Below are positions 32,263-41,384 of a DNA stretch of 64,000 nucleotides, one piece after another; positions within the stretch are counted from its first letter, which is position 1; the number at the start of each line of letters is the position of its first letter. Source of the stretch: Candidatus Falkowbacteria bacterium (GTDB lineage Bacteria; Patescibacteriota; Patescibacteriia; Patescibacteriales; UBA12465); NCBI GenBank assembly GCA_037134915.1, contig JBAXLJ010000003.1, forward strand, positions 11,118-75,117, written 5' to 3'. The notes beneath the pieces were generated by a model. That model saw only the letters and a list, made by a program, of their open reading frames with translations. It was not told the DNA's origin and made no database searches. A program made the translations under genes and the position numbers.

Positions 32263-34260
32263 TTAAAAACCAGAAATACCCGTTAAAATTTCCGCTTTAC
32301 TATCATTATTAATATCCGAAGCGGCCACAAAAACGCCATTTCGATAAGTTTTATCATAAGCCATAAAGCTAGACTTAAGCTGACCGGAACCACTCCAGAT
32401 TTTTACTTGAGAATCGCCGCCTTTCCCCTCACCGGTTATTATTTCATTTTGCCCGTCACCGTCAACATCGCCAACCGCCACGTTAACACCGCCTTTAAAA
32501 TTTTGGCTATAAGCCATAAAACTTGTCTTGGCCTTGCCGCTAGCATCAAAGATTCTTACTTGAGGTCCGCCGCCAGCCCCAGCGCCAGTTACAATTTCCG
32601 CCTTAGAATCCCCATTTAAATCACCAACGGCAATATTTACTCCGCCTCGGAAGTTTTTATCATAGGCCATGAAACTGAATTTAAGCTTGCCCTTCAAATC
32701 AAAAACCATTACTTGAGGGCCACCACCAGCTCCAGCACCGGTAATTATTTCTTCTTGCTCATCGCCACGAGTGTCACCAGCTGCTATTGAAAAGTTACCC
32801 TTAAAGGCTCCATAGGGTTTAAAAGACAAAGTTTTTTTACCGTTACTAATAAGAGTTAAGATACCCTTTGAAACAGAAATTATCTGTTCTTCACCGCGGC
32901 CAGAAAAGTCATGAAATAAAAGCGGCTGGCTGCCTTGATAACTATCTACGTAAGCAAAAAAACCATTTCTAATTTGGCTACCGGAATCATTAAAGATTCT
33001 AAAAAAATTACCATTAACAAACCAATTATTTCTGATGACCGTCGGTCGTTTTAATAAAATTAAGCCGTCGTGAGGTAAAATTTTAACTGAGTTCACCTTC
33101 TGACCGTTATTTACGGCGGGGTCTTGAGTGCCACGAATGCGATCAAACTCTTCTTTAGTAAAAACGTAGGACTGCTCTTTATCAGTGGAGTTAACAATCG
33201 CTATTCCGCCGGTGTAATCCCGTCGCCATAAACCCGGCTTAATCGTGGCGTTGGTTTTATCCAAAAGATTGTAAGCGACTGATTGTTTGCTACCTAAATC
33301 ATTGTCATATTCATCATACCACCAAAATTGCGCATGATTTTGCGAGCCATAATCAAAACTATAATAAGCATCGCCAAGCAATGCGCTAGCTAGCCCGTAA
33401 CGAAAACGGGTGTAATCATTAGGATTACTGGCAACTGCATTTATAATATGATAACTTTGAGAATTATTTGATAACTTAAGATAAGATTGCATCACTCCTG
33501 ACCAAGTGCCGCCATTTTCCCAAGGAGTCGGAAAATCTTCCAACATCCAGCCGTTTAGATAATTCTGATAATCCCAAATGAAACTGCCATTAGCGACAAT
33601 TATGGCTTTAGGTAGAAGTTTTCGGGTTCGATTTAAAATACTTCTAACTCCATTTCTCCAGGCTGTATCCAATTCACTGGTGGAGTTCCGCTTGCCGTTA
33701 CCGGCTAAAGAAACATTTCCCTGATTAAACCAACTAGCCCCACTCCAAACGTTGTCATAAAAAACTCCATCCCACAAACCGGTACCCATAATATTACTGG
33801 ACACAAATTCCGGTAAGTATTCATTGAATTTTTGACCGTTTGAATTACTACCGCAAAAATCGGTAATATTTAAAACGTAAGCGTTAGGCCAATCAGATAA
33901 ACGATTACCAGACTCATCTCTTAGCCACCAAGAATCAGCCACTCCTTCTGCTAATTTTTTTCGCAAAACCGATTCATTGGAATTAAAATCCGCATCAAAC
34001 AAATTTTGTGAAGAGATGTAAGCGATAATCTTTACTCGAGGATTGAGTTGTCTGATTAAACGTAACTCGCTGGGGCTGTTTTCCTGGACTTCCATATCTA
34101 AAACTAGAAAATCCCATTTAGAGAGCTCCCGAGCTTCACTTTCAGTAATCGACCAATGCAAAAAATAATTTATTAGTTTAGGATTTTTATCACTCGCTAA
34201 ACCAGTAAAACTTGGTATCAAAAGACAGAATAAGATTAAGATGGTCGCTACTTTTTTCAT
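32263..34260 (-). CDS. Secreted GHL-type TIM-barrel domain fused to C-terminal FG-GAP/VCBS repeats
   Basis: 665 aa. Signal peptide. N-domain paralogous to 13612-14691. C-terminal repeats GDxxGDxxxEIxTGAGAGGGPQV. Confidence 0.6.
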   Translation of the reverse strand: MKKVATILILFCLLIPSFTGLASDKNPKLINYFLHWSITESEARELSKWDFLVLDMEVQENSPSELRLIRQLNPRVKIIAYISSQNLFDADFNSNESVLRKKLAEGVADSWWLRDESGNRLSDWPNAYVLNITDFCGSNSNGQKFNEYLPEFVSSNIMGTGLWDGVFYDNVWSGASWFNQGNVSLAGNGKRNSTSELDTAWRNGVRSILNRTRKLLPKAIIVANGSFIWDYQNYLNGWMLEDFPTPWENGGTWSGVMQSYLKLSNNSQSYHIINAVASNPNDYTRFRYGLASALLGDAYYSFDYGSQNHAQFWWYDEYDNDLGSKQSVAYNLLDKTNATIKPGLWRRDYTGGIAIVNSTDKEQSYVFTKEEFDRIRGTQDPAVNNGQKVNSVKILPHDGLILLKRPTVIRNNWFVNGNFFRIFNDSGSQIRNGFFAYVDSYQGSQPLLFHDFSGRGEEQIISVSKGILTLISNGKKTLSFKPYGAFKGNFSIAAGDTRGDEQEEIITGAGAGGGPQVMVFDLKGKLKFSFMAYDKNFRGGVNIAVGDLNGDSKAEIVTGAGAGGGPQVRIFDASGKAKTSFMAYSQNFKGGVNVAVGDVDGDGQNEIITGEGKGGDSQVKIWSGSGQLKSSFMAYDKTYRNGVFVAASDINNDSKAEILTGISGF
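32266..32808 (-). repeat. Tandem ~51-codon FG-GAP repeats (3 full plus 1 partial) within the CDS
   Basis: Protein-level repeats FKGNFSIAAGDTRGDEQEEIITGAGAGGGPQVMVFD..., FRGGVNIAVGDLNGDSKAEIVTGAGAGGGPQVRIFD..., FKGGVNVAVGDVDGDGQNEIITGEGKGGDSQVKIW..., YRNGVFVAASDINNDSKAEILTG. Confidence 0.8.
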
Positions 34261-35519
34261 TACTTTATGATGGGCTTTATTACAGTTTCCTTAAATGGTA
34301 AGTATTTCTGCAAAACCTCGGGAATTAGGACCGAGCCGTCAGCTTGTTGGAATTGTTCTAAAATAGCGGGCAGTAAACGACTAGTAGCGAGACCAGAGGC
34401 ATTTAACGTGTGAACAAATTCTGTTGTTACCGCTGTTTTATCCTTAAAGCGCGTATCGCCGCGCCTAGCTTGATAGTCTAAAGCATTAGAAATAGAAGAA
34501 ACTTCTTTATAAATATTCATACTAGGAATCCAAACTTCAACGTCATAAGTTTTAGCCATGGCCGCACTACAATCTTGCGCCGCTAATTTTGATAATTGAT
34601 AATGTAGACCCAAACCTTCAACTAACTTTTGAGCATTAGCCGTAATTTCATCAAACATCTTCCAAGATTCCTCGGGACGGCAAAAAATAAACATTTCTAC
34701 TTTATTAAATTGATGACCGCGAATCATCCCGCGTTCTTCTTGGCGATAAGAACCAGCCTCACGGCGGAAACAAGCGGAATAAGCACAATACTTATAAGGT
34801 AAATCTTCACCGCGCAAAATTTCTTCACGATGGTAATTACCCATCATCATTTCTGAAGTGGCATTTAAGCAAGTTCCGTCTTGAGTCCAAAATAATTCAT
34901 CCCTGAATTTAGGCAGATGACCAGAGGTGTAGGCTGATTTCTCAGACAGTAAAAATGGTGGAATCATAAAACGATAACCATTTTTAGTGTGAAAATCGAT
35001 AAAGTATGATAAGAGAGCCCACTCAATAAGGGCACCTAGTCCAGTGTAACACCAGAAACCGGCACCAGACATTTTAGTCGCCCGTTCGTAATCAATTAAA
35101 CCTAAAGAAGTAGCTAGTTCCACGTGATCCTTTGGTTCAAAGACAAACTCTGGCTTAGTGCCGTACGTATAAGTGACTTCATTGTTTTCTTTGCCACCAG
35201 GGGCGACGTCATCAGCCGGAGTATTTGGCAGGGCGCCCAACTTTTCCAAGAGGTCGGCTTCAACTTTTTCCAACTCTTCTTTCTTAGCAGAAATTTTTGG
35301 ACCTAACTCTTTTACTTGAGCGATAATCTCAGGAGTTGGTTTAGTTTTCGACACTTTATTACGATAAGCCAACATTTCCTCAAGCTCGCTAGTCAGCGTT
35401 CGGCGACTATCATCTAAGCTAATAATAAAATCTAAATCAAAATCTTCAGCCGCTATCTTTTTGAGTAAGGCATGCTGAACCTCGTCTTTATGTTCCCTAA
35501 TTCGTTTGATATCTAACAT
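34260..35519 (-). CDS. serS: Seryl-tRNA synthetase
   Basis: 419 aa. N-terminal coiled-coil arm. Class II motifs (FRREAGS, GHQFNKVEMF, TLNASGLATSRLL). The stop overlaps the next start by 1 nt (TAATG). Confidence 0.95.
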   Translation of the reverse strand: MLDIKRIREHKDEVQHALLKKIAAEDFDLDFIISLDDSRRTLTSELEEMLAYRNKVSKTKPTPEIIAQVKELGPKISAKKEELEKVEADLLEKLGALPNTPADDVAPGGKENNEVTYTYGTKPEFVFEPKDHVELATSLGLIDYERATKMSGAGFWCYTGLGALIEWALLSYFIDFHTKNGYRFMIPPFLLSEKSAYTSGHLPKFRDELFWTQDGTCLNATSEMMMGNYHREEILRGEDLPYKYCAYSACFRREAGSYRQEERGMIRGHQFNKVEMFIFCRPEESWKMFDEITANAQKLVEGLGLHYQLSKLAAQDCSAAMAKTYDVEVWIPSMNIYKEVSSISNALDYQARRGDTRFKDKTAVTTEFVHTLNASGLATSRLLPAILEQFQQADGSVLIPEVLQKYLPFKETVIKPIIK

Positions 35520-35544
35520 ATATTTTTATTTTAAAAGGTTTGTT

Positions 35545-37170
35545 CTAACTAATGACTTCACCGCCAAAAGTTTGTAATAAATTATTTAATAAATTGTTAG
35601 GTTCTTCATTTTTAATATCAGAAATTTTATCCGCCGGAGCGGAGACTGGCGCTACTGATTCAGAGATAGCGGCTACCGCGGCTAGCTCCAGATTCTCATC
35701 AATCAAAAGATCTAAATTAACTGACCCACCATAGACCTCAGCTAAAGTACTCTCCACTAAAGGTCTGATACTAGCGTCATTTATTCGATCACGATGAAAT
35801 TTATATTTAAAAATTAATGATAATTTATTACTTAAAATCGCGCCTACTTGGCAATTTTGCAAAATAAAAGATAAGGAATGATTTTGCTGGCGCAATCTGG
35901 CTAAAAATTCGGGCCATTTAGCCGCCGCTTCGCTTTGTGAAAAATTAATTACCGAAGTGTTTGTTTTAAGGTCTGGAGTTTTAGCGGCCACACTCTTCTT
36001 TGGTAAACTGCTAGAAACTGGTTTAGGTGACGAGGCGTTAGAGACACTATCTGGTAAAGACATCGATACAAACGGTGCTTCTAGACAAAGTTCAACAATT
36101 TTCATTTCTAGAGGTAATTGAACAATAAAAGATGAATTTAAATTGTTATAAACTGCTAAAAATGATTCCAGATATAAAATTATTTGTTCGATCTTGAGCT
36201 CGGAGGCTAAAGCGGAAATTCTAATCTCTAAAGTATCGCCCAAATCCAGTCCCAGGCTCTCCGCCAAACCAGAGTTAGCTTTACTTAGAAGTATTTTTCG
36301 AAGAACCACGATACCTTCACCGACAAAATTTTTCAAATTAAGACCGCTATCGACAATGGTATTAATTAATTTAATTGAGCGACTAACATCTTTTTTAGAA
36401 ATAAATTCTAGCAAGTCAATAATTTCATTGTGGTGATGGCGCGGAACAATCAGTTCCGCTTGATCCCAGGTAATTTTACCTTCGCCCAAAGATAAAACCT
36501 GCCCCAAAAGACTCTCCGCATCACGCAGATGGCCGCCTGACTGCCGGGCAATTGCTTCTAAAACTTCCGTTTCAACTTCAACTTTTTCCTGACTGATAAT
36601 ATTTTGCAACTTACTTACAATATCTGAGACGCTAATTCTTTTAAAATCATAACGTTCGCAACGAGAAATAATAGTCGCCGGTACTTTATGAATCTCAGTT
36701 GTACATAAAATAAAAATAACATTTTTCGGGGGTTCCTCTAAAGTTTTAAGTAAAGCATTCCAGGCCGAGATTGAGAGCATGTGAACTTCGTCAATAATAA
36801 AAACTCGGTATTTAACGCTACTTGAAACAATTCGGGCTGAAGCAATAATATTTTCTCGAACATTATCGACGCCAGTATTAGAAGCGGCATCAATCTCAAT
36901 AATATCTAAATTGCTACCCGCCGAGATACTAAGACAGCTAGCGCAACTATTACAAGGCTCGCTGTCAGTTTCGGTGCGATTAGTGCAATTAACCGCTTTA
37001 GCTAAAACTCGAGCCAAAGTTGTTTTACCAACCGCTCTTGGTCCGCAGAATAAATAAGCGTGGGCTAATTTATTATTAGCTATTTCGTTTTGCAGAGTTA
37101 TTTTAACATGATTCTGCCCAAAAACTTGGGAAAAATTACTCGGCCGATAATCGCGGTATAAAGTAGACAT
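35545..37170 (-). CDS. dnaX: DNA polymerase III subunit gamma/tau
   Basis: 541 aa. YRPSNFSQVFGQNHV, Walker A GPRAVGKTT, Zn module CNSCASC, DEVHMLS, SRC motif. Confidence 0.95.
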   Translation of the reverse strand: MSTLYRDYRPSNFSQVFGQNHVKITLQNEIANNKLAHAYLFCGPRAVGKTTLARVLAKAVNCTNRTETDSEPCNSCASCLSISAGSNLDIIEIDAASNTGVDNVRENIIASARIVSSSVKYRVFIIDEVHMLSISAWNALLKTLEEPPKNVIFILCTTEIHKVPATIISRCERYDFKRISVSDIVSKLQNIISQEKVEVETEVLEAIARQSGGHLRDAESLLGQVLSLGEGKITWDQAELIVPRHHHNEIIDLLEFISKKDVSRSIKLINTIVDSGLNLKNFVGEGIVVLRKILLSKANSGLAESLGLDLGDTLEIRISALASELKIEQIILYLESFLAVYNNLNSSFIVQLPLEMKIVELCLEAPFVSMSLPDSVSNASSPKPVSSSLPKKSVAAKTPDLKTNTSVINFSQSEAAAKWPEFLARLRQQNHSLSFILQNCQVGAILSNKLSLIFKYKFHRDRINDASIRPLVESTLAEVYGGSVNLDLLIDENLELAAVAAISESVAPVSAPADKISDIKNEEPNNLLNNLLQTFGGEVIS

Positions 37171-37188
37171 AAAATCAAGGTTTTTTAA

Positions 37189-39690
37189 TTAATCTAACGG
37201 ACTTTTCTCCTTCTGTAAAGGATTATCGCTGCGTCGGTTTATTTCCAATTCCACTAAGCGGCGATCTTGGCCAAATTTAAGGCGAGACAGGGTTTTAATC
37301 TTAGCAACCATTTCTTTTCGAGAAACACCTAAAATCGGCCAAATGGTTTTAATAGAAAAGGGACGAGTCGCCGAATTATCAACCAAAAGTTTTAAACAAG
37401 CCGCCCCTTTATCAACATTTATCAAATCAAATTGATTAAAAACCGGAGTAAACTCTTTGACTAAAAACTCAGCATCCTCCGAGCCAACCTTAAAACTTAG
37501 CATCGTACCCACGTTACCAAAGACGGCGTCTTTAATGGTGTGATCTTGCCCCTTGGATAACTGACCTATATATTGATGAGCAATAATTAAATTTAAGCCA
37601 TATTTTCTCGCCTCCGATAAGATTTGGCAAACTGAGTTAGTTGTAAAATTCTGAAACTCATCAATATACAAATAAAAATCTTTACGTTTGTCAGCGGACA
37701 TATCAGTGCGTGATAAAGCGGACATTAAAATTTTACCCACAATAATCATCCCTAATAAATAGGCATTCATTTCTCCAACCACCCCCTTTGACAAATCAAC
37801 TAATAATATCTTCTGATTATCCATCAAATCTCGAAAATTAAAAGAACTATCTTGCTGGCCAATAATCGGCCGCATCATATCATTAGAAATAAAGGAGGTT
37901 AACTTAGAAGTAATATAAGGGACAATGTTAGCTAAAGCTGCTTCCCCGCCCGCTTTTTCAGCTTCATTATGCCAGAAATCAACCACTGTTTTATTCTTGC
38001 AACGTGATAGTTTAAACCGTCTAAAATTTTCATCAGCGAGCACCTTAGGGATCTCCATCAGCGTCGAGCCGCTTTCAGGGTCATCCATAACCAGTAACAT
38101 GGCGTTTCTCATATACTGTTCAAACATCGGACCGCCGGTCGCCTTTAAATCATAGAGCTTATCTAAAATACCAATCATTTCGTTGATTACAAAACTCTTC
38201 TGTTCCGGATAGCGTTCATCAAATTCTAATAAATTTAAAGCGAGTGGTCTTTCCAAATCAGCTGGTGAAAACACAATCACATCCTCGGCTCGTTCCGGCG
38301 GAATCCGTTCCAAAATATCAGTAATTAAATCGCCGTGCGGATCCATAACACAGACGCCTTCGCCATTTACGATATCTTGAACAGCCATATTAGTCAGTAA
38401 AACCGATTTACCAACACCAGATTTACCAACAATATACATATGGCGACGACGATCGGAGCGCGTAATCCGAATATCTTTCTTGACACCGCGATAAACATTT
38501 TCCCCTAGCAACAGGCCTTCATTAGGAATCTCCGCGGGTGCGGGTGCAGTTTTGGCGTGCAGCCATAAGATATTAGGCGTCTCCGTATTTTTCAGAGGAA
38601 AATGAAAAATACTGGCCAGTTCTTCGGTATTAAGCAAAAAACCAATTCGGTCGCGATATCTTCTATAAATAAAATCCGAAATTAAATGATCGCCGCACTC
38701 CTCGACCCGAGTGAAATTATTACCATAAGTGAAATTATTATATTCTCCGTAAGCACTGGCAATATTTTCTAAATACATTTTGGCTTGAACCTTAGTCTTT
38801 GAACAAGCCACCACTCGGATATTAACGTCGAGGCCGGATTTAGAATTCTTTTGCTCCATCGCTTTTAACATCTCTCGTTCCACTTCAGTTAAGGCCCTAG
38901 AAGATTCTTTGTTTTTCTTATCAAAAATTAAATAAAAAAAGTACCAAAAATTACTAGCCACTTTTACGCCTTGATAAACCGAATTTTTTTCCATAATCTT
39001 TCTCACCACTCTTTTAACTTTACGATGCCAACCCGGTAAAGCGCTTCTTACAATATACTGAATCGCGATACTTTCATCCTTAGAAAGCTTGGACATAACG
39101 TTAATCAGCGAATTCATAGGATCAACTTCCATTTTCTGATAAGTTTTAAGCGGAAAGAAAAAACTTTTTTTAGTTTTCAAATAACCCGAGGCCACCTGAT
39201 TAGTAGCCGAGAAAGAATTATAGTCATCTATTTCTTCAATTGAAGCTTCAGGATAATGAGCGTGAATTTGCTGTTCTAAATACCGGGCGTTATTTTTAGG
39301 GGCAGCCACATAAAAGGCGATTTTATTTTGGCTCGCCACCACTTCAAAAGAAAAATGATCCTGACGGCCAAATAACCAAGAAATTAGGCTGCGATCGGCT
39401 CTTAAGCCGCCGATACTAGCGAAGATAGTTTCACCTTTGGCAATTTCCTCGTGCATTTGCTGAACCATAAACCGAGCATCTTCGCTGTCCTTAGGTTTTT
39501 CCTTGGGTAATTTAACTAAGAATAATTGATGTTCTAGATAAGTGTTGTTAGTAGCTATAGTTCTTAGTATCTGACGGATAAATAAAACCAGAACTGGAAC
39601 AAAAAATAAAATTAACAAAGCAACAAACAGCCAAAGAGGGCTGTTTGTATTCTGACTCATCGACTGAGAATAGATTAGCAAATCGGTCAT
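37189..39690 (-). CDS. Membrane-anchored P-loop ATPase of the TraD/VirD4 (T4CP) or HerA/FtsK type
   Basis: 833 aa. N-terminal TM (LWLFVALLILFFVPVLVLF). Walker A (VGKSGVGKS). Walker B-like (FYLYIDEFQNF). IIAHQYIGQL segment. Confidence 0.6.
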   Translation of the reverse strand: MTDLLIYSQSMSQNTNSPLWLFVALLILFFVPVLVLFIRQILRTIATNNTYLEHQLFLVKLPKEKPKDSEDARFMVQQMHEEIAKGETIFASIGGLRADRSLISWLFGRQDHFSFEVVASQNKIAFYVAAPKNNARYLEQQIHAHYPEASIEEIDDYNSFSATNQVASGYLKTKKSFFFPLKTYQKMEVDPMNSLINVMSKLSKDESIAIQYIVRSALPGWHRKVKRVVRKIMEKNSVYQGVKVASNFWYFFYLIFDKKNKESSRALTEVEREMLKAMEQKNSKSGLDVNIRVVACSKTKVQAKMYLENIASAYGEYNNFTYGNNFTRVEECGDHLISDFIYRRYRDRIGFLLNTEELASIFHFPLKNTETPNILWLHAKTAPAPAEIPNEGLLLGENVYRGVKKDIRITRSDRRRHMYIVGKSGVGKSVLLTNMAVQDIVNGEGVCVMDPHGDLITDILERIPPERAEDVIVFSPADLERPLALNLLEFDERYPEQKSFVINEMIGILDKLYDLKATGGPMFEQYMRNAMLLVMDDPESGSTLMEIPKVLADENFRRFKLSRCKNKTVVDFWHNEAEKAGGEAALANIVPYITSKLTSFISNDMMRPIIGQQDSSFNFRDLMDNQKILLVDLSKGVVGEMNAYLLGMIIVGKILMSALSRTDMSADKRKDFYLYIDEFQNFTTNSVCQILSEARKYGLNLIIAHQYIGQLSKGQDHTIKDAVFGNVGTMLSFKVGSEDAEFLVKEFTPVFNQFDLINVDKGAACLKLLVDNSATRPFSIKTIWPILGVSRKEMVAKIKTLSRLKFGQDRRLVELEINRRSDNPLQKEKSPLD

Positions 39691-39696
39691 AAAAAA

Positions 39697-40191
39697 TTAA
39701 AACTTATTTTTCATCTTAACGATTTTATCAGCTTTTATTTTCGTTTCTTGATCTAAAAAAAAGCGATTAACTCCAGCAATCAGGCTCAGCCAATGACGAA
39801 TCAATTTTACTATTTTATTAATATTAATTTTAGCGGCATCAAGTAAAATATTGATTTTTTTGGCAGTCTTTTCCCCCTCCTCTTTAAATTCTTTTTGCTT
39901 AGCAGGAGACATCGCCAAAAAAGTTTCATTTAAACCATCGGACAGATAGGCTTCAATTTCTTGTTCGCGTTTAACATGATAATCATCGGCCACAACAGCT
40001 ACAGAAGAGCCAGGCGAAGCGTTAACATTTTTTTCCTTAGCCACCAGACTTTCTTTTTCTGGGTTTTTATCTGGCGAAACTGCCTCCACCTTATTTTCAG
40101 GTTTCTTCTCAGCGGCGCCACCAACTATAACTTCAACCTTAGGAGTCAAAATAATTTGTTCGATCTTTTTTGCGACATTTTCGTTAGCCAT
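39697..40191 (-). CDS. Hypothetical K/E-rich protein with C-terminal amphipathic/hydrophobic helix
   Basis: 164-aa ORF ending 6 nt before the ATPase start. No family recognised. Confidence 0.4.
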   Translation of the reverse strand: MANENVAKKIEQIILTPKVEVIVGGAAEKKPENKVEAVSPDKNPEKESLVAKEKNVNASPGSSVAVVADDYHVKREQEIEAYLSDGLNETFLAMSPAKQKEFKEEGEKTAKKINILLDAAKININKIVKLIRHWLSLIAGVNRFFLDQETKIKADKIVKMKNKF

Positions 40192-40198
40192 AACTATT

Positions 40199-40372
40199 TT
40201 ATTCGACTGAGATAGCGTTAACGGGACAAGCGGTCACCGCTTCTTTGGCACAATCCTCATTAGTTTGCGAAATAACCTCAGACTTACCATCAAGGTTCAT
40301 AGCAAAGACGTCCGGGCACATACCGGCGCACATCCCACAACCAATACAAGTATTTTGATCTACTTTTATCAT
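40199..40372 (-). CDS. Small 4Fe-4S ferredoxin (57 aa; below the ORF-track cutoff)
   Basis: My hand translation: MIKVDQNTCIGCGMCAGMCPDVFAMNLDGKSEVISQTNEDCAKEAVTACPVNAISVE*. CxxCxxCxxxCP ... CP cluster-ligand pattern. Confidence 0.75.
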   Translation of the reverse strand: MIKVDQNTCIGCGMCAGMCPDVFAMNLDGKSEVISQTNEDCAKEAVTACPVNAISVE

Positions 40373-40498
40373 ATTTTTGTTTAATTTAAATTAATTAAAT
40401 ATATGAGATAATTATAACATATTTTATAAATAAATACAGAGGAAATTAGCCAATTATTTGGGCTTTGATGACTCAAAATTCACTCTTTATTTGTTCTG

Positions 40499-40527
40499 TT
40501 GACAGTTTTACCTACCTTTGTTATTAT
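40499..40527 (+). promoter_or_regulatory. Sigma70-type promoter for rpmA
   Basis: TTGACA (40499-40504), 17-nt spacer, TATTAT (40522-40527). Confidence 0.6.
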
Positions 40528-40612
40528 AAAGCCAAGAATAACAAAGTAAGGACAAGTGTGCCAGGCATTTACGCCTCTTTTTTTGGTTAAAGCTCTGGCC
40601 CATTATAAATTT

Positions 40613-40918
40613 ATGGCTCATAAGAAAGCGGCGGGGTCAACCTCGCTTGGCCGTGATTCAGAAAGTAAGCGTTTAGGCGTTAAACTCTCCGATGGCCAAA
40701 TTGCTAAAGCTGGCAATATCATTATCAGACAGCGTGGCACTAAATATTACCCAGGTGCTGGTGTAAGACGTGGCAATGACGACACTCTTTACGCCGTAAC
40801 TAACGGTTTTATCAAATTCACTACCAAAAAATTAATTAAGTTTGATGGTAATTTAAAGACGGCTAAGGTGGTTAATATTGTAGCAACTCGAGAAGTTACT
40901 CCAAAAGTTACAAAATAA
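40613..40918 (+). CDS. rpmA: 50S ribosomal protein L27
   Basis: Start moved to the ATG at 40613 ([24 protein letters not shown]...), the canonical L27 N-terminus. The track's GTG extension is not L27-like. Confidence 0.93.
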   Translation: MAHKKAAGSTSLGRDSESKRLGVKLSDGQIAKAGNIIIRQRGTKYYPGAGVRRGNDDTLYAVTNGFIKFTTKKLIKFDGNLKTAKVVNIVATREVTPKVTK

Positions 40919-40935
40919 TTACTTCATTTTTCAAA

Positions 40936-40973
40936 TAAAAAAGACCTAGGATTAAATTCTTGGGTCTTTTTTT
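40936..40973. terminator. Bidirectional terminator between rpmA and the NUDIX gene
   Basis: A-run, agaccta (40942-40948) pairs with tgggtct (40961-40967) including one G-U, then a T-run to 40973. Confidence 0.65.
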
Positions 40974-40979
40974 ATCTAA

Positions 40980-41372
40980 TTACAAATTAGCAAACTCTTT
41001 TTTAATCCACTTCGGATAATCGCCTTCTATAATTTCTTCCTTAGTCACCCAAAGATAAGAGTTATGCTCAGTACTTAAATTGATAGAGCCTTCGACATAA
41101 GTGGCTAAAAAAGTAATTCCCACTAAATGCAAATCATCTTTTAGCAAAGTCCAAACTCTTAAAGGCTTTTCAATATTTATACTTAAGTTAAGCTCCTCAT
41201 TAATCTCTCGCTTTAAACCTTCCTCTGGATTTTCGCCAAACTCCAATCGGCCGCCCGGAATATCTATTTCATTAGGACCTATGTCCTCGATTTCACTTTT
41301 GAATAAGACTAGGTACTTCCCCTCTTGGTTTTTGATGATTGCCTTAGTGGCCACGCCAAAGTGATTTTCCAT
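40980..41372 (-). CDS. NUDIX hydrolase
   Basis: 130 aa. Nudix box GGRLEFGENPEEGLKREINEELN. Confidence 0.85.
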   Translation of the reverse strand: MENHFGVATKAIIKNQEGKYLVLFKSEIEDIGPNEIDIPGGRLEFGENPEEGLKREINEELNLSINIEKPLRVWTLLKDDLHLVGITFLATYVEGSINLSTEHNSYLWVTKEEIIEGDYPKWIKKEFANL

Positions 41373-41384
41373 ATTTTTATATGA

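Noticed and set aside
36380-36400. Looked for the classical dnaX programmed frameshift site (A_AAA_AAG) inside dnaX. Found TCT AAA AAA GAT (protein ...ISKKDV...).
   Set aside because: The A6G run is not in the X_XXY_YYZ phase relative to the dnaX reading frame, and I saw no downstream stem-loop. There is no evidence for a gamma-type frameshift product.
40556-40612. N-terminal extensions proposed by the ORF track: 40556 GTG for L27, 6704 for L7/L12, 43535 for RecQ, 21546 TTG for the lipoprotein, 16122 TTG for GT4, 47614 TTG for the acidic protein.
   Set aside because: The extensions are not family-like, overlap promoters or upstream genes, or precede a canonical N-terminus or signal peptide at an internal ATG. 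Starts were moved accordingly.
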